This document shows positions 28,106 to 35,450 of a DNA stretch of 64,000 nt, in pieces. Made by a program: the position numbers and the translations under genes. The notes beneath the pieces were generated by a model. That model was not told the DNA's origin. It searched no databases and worked only from the letters and a program-made list of their open reading frames with translations. The stretch spans positions 6,694 through 70,693 of the forward strand of contig JBELHR010000005.1 in NCBI GenBank assembly GCA_042091275.1. The letters are read 5' to 3'. Position 1 is the first letter of the stretch. Each line of letters starts with the position of its first letter. This DNA is from Flavobacteriaceae bacterium (lineage in GTDB: Bacteria > Bacteroidota > Bacteroidia > Flavobacteriales > Flavobacteriaceae).

Positions 28106-28621
28106 TTAGTTAATCAGGTGCTTATAAAATTTTTCAAAAATAATCTTGAACCAAGCGGTGTAGTTCGAAGGGTTGGTCGCAATGTCATTCTTGACATTAC
28201 TCAAAGTCATCCATTTAAAATCCTCTACCTCTTCTTTATTAATCACTGGAGCATCCTCGTAATGCCCAATCATAACATGATCCAACTCGTGCTCGGTAAG
28301 TCCGTTATCAAATGGTGCTTTATAAATAAACGAAAAAAGCTCTTTTAATTCACAACTAAAGCCCATTTCCTCTTGTAAACGCCTCTTTCCTGCCTCCAAG
28401 TTAGACTCCCCTTTTCTCTGATGAGAACAACACGTATTGGTCCATAACAAGGGAGAATGGTATTTGTCAGCCGCTCTTTGCTGAAGCATCAACTCCCCTT
28501 TTTTATTTAAGACAAATACAGAAAATGCTCTGTGCAAAACCGCTTTCTCGTGGGCCTCCATTTTTGGCATTAAACCTATTTCTTCGTCTCGCTCATTTAC
28601 GAGTATTACCTGTTCTTCCAT
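28106..28621 (-). CDS. idi: Isopentenyl-diphosphate delta-isomerase, type 1
   Basis: LHRAFSVFV, WTNTCCSH (catalytic Cys) and Nudix-like EE residues. ATG at 28621 chosen. Confidence 0.85.
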   Translation of the reverse strand: MEEQVILVNERDEEIGLMPKMEAHEKAVLHRAFSVFVLNKKGELMLQQRAADKYHSPLLWTNTCCSHQRKGESNLEAGKRRLQEEMGFSCELKELFSFIYKAPFDNGLTEHELDHVMIGHYEDAPVINKEEVEDFKWMTLSNVKNDIATNPSNYTAWFKIIFEKFYKHLIN

Positions 28622-28751
28622 CAAAAAAAATAATTTCAATCAAATATAAGTAGAGATTTCAAATATTTAGCAAGCATTTGTTTTTAAAGCAAATAAATTT
28701 CAATCATTTAAATTATCTTTGCCCTTTCAAATTGGAAATACTAAAACCTAC

Positions 28752-30335
28752 ATGTCTCTACAAGAAGAAATAAAAAAACGAAGAACGTTTGGAATTATCT
28801 CTCACCCTGATGCCGGAAAGACAACCCTGACCGAAAAACTACTCTTATTTGGAGGTGCTATTCAAGAGGCAGGAGCGGTAAAGAATAATAAAATCAAGAA
28901 GGGAGCTACCTCGGATTTTATGGAAATTGAAAGACAAAGAGGTATTTCTGTAGCCACATCGGTATTGGCTTTTAATTACAGCGGTCAAAAAATAAATATA
29001 CTCGACACCCCTGGACACAAGGATTTTGCAGAGGACACCTTCCGAACTTTAACTGCCGTAGACTCGGTTATTGTCGTGATTGATGTCGCCAAAGGGGTTG
29101 AGGAACAAACGGAAAAGTTGGTTTCTGTATGCCGTATGCGGAAAATTCCAATAATTGTATTTATCAATAAATTAGATAGAGAAGGAAAAGATGCTTTCGA
29201 CCTTTTGGACGAAGTAGAACAAAAATTAGGACTCCGAGTTACCCCTCTGAGTTTTCCAATTGGAATGGGTTACGATTTTAAGGGTATTTACAATATTTGG
29301 GAGAAAAAACTAAACCTATTTAGTAGCGACAAAAAGCAAGTTGTTCAAGAAGGAATTGTTTTTGAAGATGTCAACAATCCCTCTTTGGACGAGCAAATCG
29401 GAGAGACTTCTGCGGAAACGCTTCGCGAAGAACTGGAATTGGTCGAAGAGGTATATCCCAAGTTTGACCAAGGAGAATACTTAGATGGTGACCTACAACC
29501 CGTTTTCTTTGGATCTGCTTTGAATAACTTTGGAGTAAAAGAGCTTTTAGATTGTTTCATTCAAATAGCTCCAAATCCTCAAGGTAAAGAATCCGATACT
29601 CGAAAAGTGGAATCCTCAGAAGAAAAAATGACTGGATTTGTTTTTAAGATTCATGCAAATATGGATCCAAAACACAGAGATAGATTGGCTTTTGTAAAAA
29701 TTGTATCCGGGACATTCAAAAGAAACACTCCCTACCTCCACGTGAGAAATAAGAAAAAATTGAAGTTTTCTTCTCCCAATGCATTTTTTGCAGAGAAAAA
29801 AGAAATCGTAGAAGAATCCTATGCTGGAGATATCGTCGGATTACACGACACCGGTAACTTTAAGATTGGAGATACTTTGACAGAAGGCGAAATTATGGCC
29901 TACAAGGGAATTCCGAGTTTTTCCCCAGAGCATTTCCGTTATGTAAATAATGCAGATCCTATGAAAGCCAAACAACTTTACAAAGGTCTGGATCAATTAA
30001 TGGACGAGGGAGTAGCCCAGCTATTTACCTTAGAACTAAACGGAAGAAAAGTTATTGGAACTGTTGGAGCCCTACAATACGAGGTGATTCAATACCGATT
30101 GGAGCACGAATATGGAGCAAAGTGTACTTATGAAAACCTACCGATGCACAAAGTATGTTGGGTGGAACCAGAATCCAACAACGAAGAATTTAAAGAATTT
30201 AAAAGAGTAAAGCAACGCTACCTTGCAAAAGATAAGCGCGGACAATTAGTGTTTTTAGCAGATTCCGCCTTTACCATTCAAATGACTCAAGACAAGTACC
30301 CGAGCGTGAAATTACATTTCACCTCAGAATTTTAA
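28752..30335 (+). CDS. prfC: Peptide chain release factor 3
   Basis: GTPase motifs RTFGIISHPDAGKTT, DTPGH, NKLD. ATG at 28752 chosen. Confidence 0.9.
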   Translation: MSLQEEIKKRRTFGIISHPDAGKTTLTEKLLLFGGAIQEAGAVKNNKIKKGATSDFMEIERQRGISVATSVLAFNYSGQKINILDTPGHKDFAEDTFRTLTAVDSVIVVIDVAKGVEEQTEKLVSVCRMRKIPIIVFINKLDREGKDAFDLLDEVEQKLGLRVTPLSFPIGMGYDFKGIYNIWEKKLNLFSSDKKQVVQEGIVFEDVNNPSLDEQIGETSAETLREELELVEEVYPKFDQGEYLDGDLQPVFFGSALNNFGVKELLDCFIQIAPNPQGKESDTRKVESSEEKMTGFVFKIHANMDPKHRDRLAFVKIVSGTFKRNTPYLHVRNKKKLKFSSPNAFFAEKKEIVEESYAGDIVGLHDTGNFKIGDTLTEGEIMAYKGIPSFSPEHFRYVNNADPMKAKQLYKGLDQLMDEGVAQLFTLELNGRKVIGTVGALQYEVIQYRLEHEYGAKCTYENLPMHKVCWVEPESNNEEFKEFKRVKQRYLAKDKRGQLVFLADSAFTIQMTQDKYPSVKLHFTSEF

Positions 30336-30368
30336 TAAAATTATAAATAGGAAATTAAATCAAATACA

Positions 30369-31301
30369 ATGGAAAACGGATTATACGCTAAAATTAACAC
30401 GACTAAGGGTGCAATTCTATTAAACTTAGAGTTTGAGAAAACACCAGGAACAGTAGGGAACTTTGTGGCTTTGGCTGAAGGGAATTTAGAAAACGATCAC
30501 AAGGAACAAGGAACACCTTACTACGATGGTCTAAAATTCCACAGAGTTATTGCCGATTTTATGGTACAAGCTGGATGTCCACTTGGAACAGGAACAGGTA
30601 GCCCAGGATATCAATTTGACGACGAAATCCACCCAGACTTAAAGCACGATGGACCAGGAGTTCTCTCTATGGCAAATGCAGGACCTGGAACAAATGGATC
30701 TCAATTTTTTATCACCCACGGTGCAACAGCTTGGTTAGATGGAAAGCATACCGTTTTTGGAAAAGTTATTGAAGGTCAGGATGTTGTCGATGCAATTGAG
30801 CAAGACGATATCATGGAGAGCTTTGAAATCATTCGCGTTGGAGAAGCTGCAGAGAATTTTAACGCTGTAGAAGCGTTTAGAACATTTGAAGGATCTCGCG
30901 AGAAGAGATTAGCTGAAATCGCTGCAGAAAGAGAAGCGGAGTTGGAGAAATTAGCTGCTGGTTTTAAACAAACAGATAGTGGTTTGCGCTACAATATCCT
31001 TCAAGAAGGATCTGGTAAACAGGCTGAAAAAGGAAAGCAAGTTTCTGTACATTACAAAGGACAATTAGCAGATGGTACTGTCTTTGATTCTTCTTACCAA
31101 AGAAAGCAACCAATCGACTTTACCTTAGGTGTAGGACAAGTGATTTCTGGATGGGACGAAGGTGTACAACTTCTAAAAGTAGGAGACAAAGCGCGATTTG
31201 TAATCCCTTCAGATTTAGCTTACGGATCTCAAGGTGCAGGAGGAGTAATTCCTCCAGACGCGGCCTTGATTTTTGATGTAGAATTGATGGATGTAAAATA
31301 A
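30369..31301 (+). CDS. Dual-family peptidyl-prolyl isomerase (N-terminal cyclophilin fused to C-terminal FKBP)
   Basis: Cyclophilin blocks [37 protein letters not shown]. Helical linker. FKBP blocks [30 protein letters not shown]. Confidence 0.9.
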   Translation: MENGLYAKINTTKGAILLNLEFEKTPGTVGNFVALAEGNLENDHKEQGTPYYDGLKFHRVIADFMVQAGCPLGTGTGSPGYQFDDEIHPDLKHDGPGVLSMANAGPGTNGSQFFITHGATAWLDGKHTVFGKVIEGQDVVDAIEQDDIMESFEIIRVGEAAENFNAVEAFRTFEGSREKRLAEIAAEREAELEKLAAGFKQTDSGLRYNILQEGSGKQAEKGKQVSVHYKGQLADGTVFDSSYQRKQPIDFTLGVGQVISGWDEGVQLLKVGDKARFVIPSDLAYGSQGAGGVIPPDAALIFDVELMDVK

Positions 31302-31315
31302 TTTACAAGCTATTG

Positions 31316-31350
31316 AAAAAAGGCATCGATAAATCGATGCCTTTTTTTTT
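31316..31350 (+). terminator. Intrinsic terminator after the PPIase gene
   Basis: GGCATCGA-TAAA-TCGATGCC hairpin followed by a T9 run. Confidence 0.85.
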
Positions 31351-31374
31351 GTAGTTTTATGAAAATTCCAGAAT

Positions 31375-31836
31375 ATGAAAACTCAAGAACAATGGTTTGC
31401 TGAATATGCGGTAAGCCACCAAAATGAAACCAATCTCAAAATTCACAAAATATGTGTACCCCTTATTTTTTGGAGTATTGCGGGTTTACTCGTGAGTATT
31501 CCAAGCGGATTTTTGATGGATATCGTAAATTTTAATAATCCCTATTTTATAAATTGGGCAAGCCTTATATTTTTGCCGATAATGGTTTTTTACGTGTTTA
31601 ATCTAAGCGTAAAAAACACGGTGCTTATGTTTTTATTTGCTGCTTTTTCTGTTGGGACTACGGTCTATATAGATCAATATGTAAATATTTTTTGGGTATC
31701 CTTGGCTGTTTTTGTGCTAGCGTGGATTGGACAATTCTACGGTCATAAAATAGAAGGTAAAAAACCGAGCTTTTTGCAAGACTTAGAGTTTCTTCTGATA
31801 GGTCCAGCTTGGGTCTTTGAAAAAATGACTAGATAA
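31375..31836 (+). CDS. DUF962 / Mpo1-like membrane protein
   Basis: 153 aa, about 4 TM. YGHKIEGKKPSFLQDL block typical of the family. Confidence 0.7.
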   Translation: MKTQEQWFAEYAVSHQNETNLKIHKICVPLIFWSIAGLLVSIPSGFLMDIVNFNNPYFINWASLIFLPIMVFYVFNLSVKNTVLMFLFAAFSVGTTVYIDQYVNIFWVSLAVFVLAWIGQFYGHKIEGKKPSFLQDLEFLLIGPAWVFEKMTR

Positions 31837-31839
31837 GAT

Positions 31840-31872
31840 AAAAAAAGCCTCCCAATTGGGAGGCATTTATTT
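31840..31872. terminator. Bidirectional intrinsic terminator
   Basis: GCCTCCC-AATT-GGGAGGC hairpin (31847-31864) with A7 upstream and a T-rich tail. Confidence 0.75.
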
Positions 31873-34394
31873 TACATCATATCTGCAAAAAATATCGCAT
31901 TCATTAGCAGCTTGTTGGTTCCGTACCAAAAGGCCCTAAAGTTCGTGTTATCGGTAAATCCGATCACGCTTCCACTCCCAAAACCAGAGTTTAAGAAAGG
32001 AACCGTATTACCAATTACCGCAGCGTTTTCCTCAGAAATATAACCACTTTGTAAAGGATTCTCCAAGTATTGTATCGGACTTAGATAATTTCCGCTTTTC
32101 GCTTGGATAAACAAGGTTGTGTTTCTAAATAAAGATAAATCTCCATCCTCATAACCAAAGTTTATCGGGTGAGAACGATCTTGTTTTGCGCCAAATATAG
32201 CACCTCCAATTACTTGAGCACCTCTAAAATCAGATTGTTGCTCAAAACTAATATTCTCTGCTTTTACCTCAGCTTTGACCGTTTCAAAATCCAAAATCTC
32301 ATTAGATTTCAAATAATTTAATGCATAGCGATAAGCAACCAAGTTTCCTCCGTCTTTAATCCAGTTTTTTAACTTTTCAGTAGCAAAAGAATCTAAATTC
32401 CCTCCGTTTACCATTATGACTGTAGAGTATTCACTCAAATCTACTCTATCGAAATAGTCTTTGTCAATTTTAGTAATAGGCATTGCAAAACGGGTATCTA
32501 GAAGATGCCATATTTCTCCAGCGTCATAAGAATTTGTCCTACCTCCTACTATCATGGCAATCTTAGGTAATTTTAGAGCTCTAAAGTTGTTAGACCCCAA
32601 ATCAATACCTTCCGTCAATCCAGTAGAAACCGATTTTATCTCTAAATGCGAGCGCTCAGCAACGCCTTGTAAGAAAGAACGAATCTCTTGAGGAGACATG
32701 TTTTGATTAGCCGCGGGTATCATAATCGTCCCGTAATCATAGCTATTACCCTCTAAGCTAAATTCTTTGAGAGCGACCTTGGCTCTGAGTTCTTTAGAAA
32801 GGATTTCATAAAGTGCTTTAGGAGAGTAATACTCATGCCATTCCATCAAAAAAGCATAATTACCACTCCCATCTACAGAACCTGTTTTTAACTGTACCTC
32901 TTGCTTGAGATCACCCAAAATCGAAGATCCCGATTTTACATAATCGTATTTTACATCAAAAGCCAAAGGAAAGGTCCAGGCGGATACATCGTAAAACAAA
33001 CTATCGGTAAAAGTCGTTCGTTTCTCAAACATAGCATTTATCAATTTGTGATTCTTTTGATTGAGAGGTACGGCATAGGAATATCCTTTCTTATATTCAT
33101 TTCCACCTTGCTGAGTATCTTCTTTTAGCTCGTATATCTCGATCTGATGCCTGTTTAAAATTTCAGCTAGATGTGTTGTTTTAGCTGCATCTTTAGTTCC
33201 TCCAAAAACAATTGTACTTCCCTTTGCTTTGTTAGCCTCGCTCTTTGCATCCCTGTAAAAATCTTGTTGATAGTCTAAAATATCTGTTCTAAGAGATTTT
33301 GCCGCCTCCAAAGTGGATAGAGCTGCAGTGAATTGATTGCGTATGGTAAAAGGAAAGGTAAGTAGACCGTTGTCCGTCATCTGGGCATGTCCTCGAGAAG
33401 AGGCTTGTTCAAATAAGATTCCGATACCTCCATTAATATCTGGAAAAGTAGATCCTTTTCCGTAGTAAAAGTCATCAAAGCTCTCCTTAGTATAATACAA
33501 AGAGCCTATCTCATCCAAAGCCGCTGCGTGGAAATCTCCAATGCGTTCGGTTAGTTCTTGGTTCATTTTTGGCGTCAAGGGATGCGTTCTGGACGGTATT
33601 CCTGGTTGGAAGAAAAAGGAAGCGTTAGAACCCATCTCGTGATGATCCGTTAATATGTTTGGTTGCCATTTGTGAAAACTAGCAATACGGGCACGAGATT
33701 CCGGTAATTGAACAGGTAGCCAATCTCTATTCATATCAAAATAATAGTGATTTGTTCTACCACCAGGCCAAACCTCTCGATATTCCCTATCGTTTGGATC
33801 TGGATTGATATTCATACTTCTATTGGTATTTGCCCAATAAGCAAATCGCTGTAAGCCGTCTGGATTGTAAGATGGATCAAATAGAATAACGACCTCATTT
33901 AACAAGTCGTCAATTTCCTTTCCCTGACCAGCAGCTAAATAATAGGCTACAGCTAAGCTGGCATTAGAACCACTAGCTTCGTTTCCGTGAATGGAAAAAC
34001 CTTGATACACAACAATCGGCATATCCGATTTGTCCACATTGTTATTTGGATTGTTGGTCAAGTCCAAATGTGCGTTGCGTATATCTTCCAAATTGGAATG
34101 ATTTTTCGCACTAGTTATGGTGAGTAGTAATAGCGGACGATCCTCAAAAGTAGTTCCTCTCTCCTCTATAGAAATTCGATCCGAACTCGCCGCTAGGACC
34201 CTCATATACTCCACTAATTTATCGTGGGTAATATGCCACTCTCCAACTTGATGCCCAATTACAGACTCCGGAGTGGGAATATTGGTATCATAAGTTATGT
34301 TATCTGGTAGATAATAAGATAGATCTACTGGGGTATCTTGAGCCTGCATTGAGATAGACAGAAGACCCAAGAATAAAATAATGTAGTTTTTCAC
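31872..34394 (-). CDS. M14 family zinc carboxypeptidase-like protein
   Basis: 840 aa, signal peptide. Zn-binding HGNEASGS block and a downstream HH...E region. Confidence 0.8.
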   Translation of the reverse strand: MKNYIILFLGLLSISMQAQDTPVDLSYYLPDNITYDTNIPTPESVIGHQVGEWHITHDKLVEYMRVLAASSDRISIEERGTTFEDRPLLLLTITSAKNHSNLEDIRNAHLDLTNNPNNNVDKSDMPIVVYQGFSIHGNEASGSNASLAVAYYLAAGQGKEIDDLLNEVVILFDPSYNPDGLQRFAYWANTNRSMNINPDPNDREYREVWPGGRTNHYYFDMNRDWLPVQLPESRARIASFHKWQPNILTDHHEMGSNASFFFQPGIPSRTHPLTPKMNQELTERIGDFHAAALDEIGSLYYTKESFDDFYYGKGSTFPDINGGIGILFEQASSRGHAQMTDNGLLTFPFTIRNQFTAALSTLEAAKSLRTDILDYQQDFYRDAKSEANKAKGSTIVFGGTKDAAKTTHLAEILNRHQIEIYELKEDTQQGGNEYKKGYSYAVPLNQKNHKLINAMFEKRTTFTDSLFYDVSAWTFPLAFDVKYDYVKSGSSILGDLKQEVQLKTGSVDGSGNYAFLMEWHEYYSPKALYEILSKELRAKVALKEFSLEGNSYDYGTIMIPAANQNMSPQEIRSFLQGVAERSHLEIKSVSTGLTEGIDLGSNNFRALKLPKIAMIVGGRTNSYDAGEIWHLLDTRFAMPITKIDKDYFDRVDLSEYSTVIMVNGGNLDSFATEKLKNWIKDGGNLVAYRYALNYLKSNEILDFETVKAEVKAENISFEQQSDFRGAQVIGGAIFGAKQDRSHPINFGYEDGDLSLFRNTTLFIQAKSGNYLSPIQYLENPLQSGYISEENAAVIGNTVPFLNSGFGSGSVIGFTDNTNFRAFWYGTNKLLMNAIFFADMM

Positions 34395-34433
34395 TTTAGT
34401 TTGATTTTTGATTTAAACAAATATATCAAACTC

Positions 34434-34468
34434 AAAATAAAAAAAGCCTCCAAAAGGAGGCTTGTAAT
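34434..34468 (-). terminator. Intrinsic terminator after the DUF1338 gene
   Basis: GCCTCC-AAAA-GGAGGC hairpin (34446-34461) followed on the minus strand by a T-rich run. Confidence 0.7.
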
Positions 34469-35281
34469 TTAAGACTTTCTAACTTTCATATTCGTACTTT
34501 CAAATATCTTGTCAGCCGATCCTGCGACAAAACCAGAGAACAACTCTCCGTCCTCTTTTGGATGCCTAAAAGCAAATTCGTAATAGCAAGAGGTCACTTC
34601 AAAACTTCCCTCCTCAAATTCCATTTCAATTCGATCCGCTAAAATACTAGACTGCTCTAACATGATCTCTTTAGATCCTTTGATCTCTCCTCCAGATGTG
34701 TTCAATTCAAAACCTTTTGACTTGATAAATGTATTGACCGATTGTAAATCCTTAAACGTATCTAAGGCATTTACATCAACTGTAAAGTGATTGGCACAAA
34801 ATCCATTGATATACATCCAAGCAGCATATTCACTTTTCTCCAAGAGACGCTCATATTTTGCATAAGATGGTTTTCCCCATACAGCACCTCTCAAAATAAG
34901 GTCATCCTTTTGGTATAAACTCTGATCTGCTGAATCGATAATGTTTTTTATTATCTCTTGTGTTTCTGAATCGAACTCTTCCACTCTCAACTGAGAAATA
35001 AATACTCTTGGTGCTTCCGCATCTCCTTCTAGTTCAAAGTGATGTGCATCTAATTTTTTCTTCTCAAAATTATAAGAACCGCTGTGTTTATAACCCAATG
35101 CAAGAAATGGTTTTGCCAAAACATCAATGTTTACCCTAGGGTCGTTAAAGGTTCGAATAGCAATATGATCGTTGAGGACGGTATTCCCCTCTTGTTCAAA
35201 AAATACTTTGACTAAATCTGCCGAAGGCGTACGCTCTGCATAATTCGCCCACAGCGCCAAAAAAAGCTGATCTTTATTCAT
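34469..35281 (-). CDS. DUF1338 family protein (HglS/YdcJ-like 2-oxoadipate dioxygenase/decarboxylase family, short form)
   Basis: 270 aa. NDHIAIRTF metal-site block characteristic of DUF1338. Confidence 0.75.
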   Translation of the reverse strand: MNKDQLFLALWANYAERTPSADLVKVFFEQEGNTVLNDHIAIRTFNDPRVNIDVLAKPFLALGYKHSGSYNFEKKKLDAHHFELEGDAEAPRVFISQLRVEEFDSETQEIIKNIIDSADQSLYQKDDLILRGAVWGKPSYAKYERLLEKSEYAAWMYINGFCANHFTVDVNALDTFKDLQSVNTFIKSKGFELNTSGGEIKGSKEIMLEQSSILADRIEMEFEEGSFEVTSCYYEFAFRHPKEDGELFSGFVAGSADKIFESTNMKVRKS

Positions 35282-35450
35282 GGTAGGTTGTTTTTTTGGA
35301 CAAAAATAATATAATTGACCACTTAAGCCTCAGAATTTTAGAGTGATTTTCTTTTTTTTTAAAGGGGGTAATATTGCTGTTTTATTGTGCAATAAATGAC
35401 AAAATTATTTCGATATTTGCACGGAACTGCCCGTAAAAGCGAAGATTTAG

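Noticed and set aside
28719-30335. Programmed frameshift, by analogy with release factor 2.
   Set aside because: This is prfC (a GTPase), not prfB, and the frame is continuous from the ATG at 28752.
31840-34468. Two similar A-run + GCCTCC(C)...GGAGGC hairpins flanking the M14 peptidase gene, considered as terminal repeats of an inserted element.
   Set aside because: Both are ordinary intrinsic terminators at gene ends. The similarity is limited to a short GC-rich stem, and the enclosed gene shows no mobility function.
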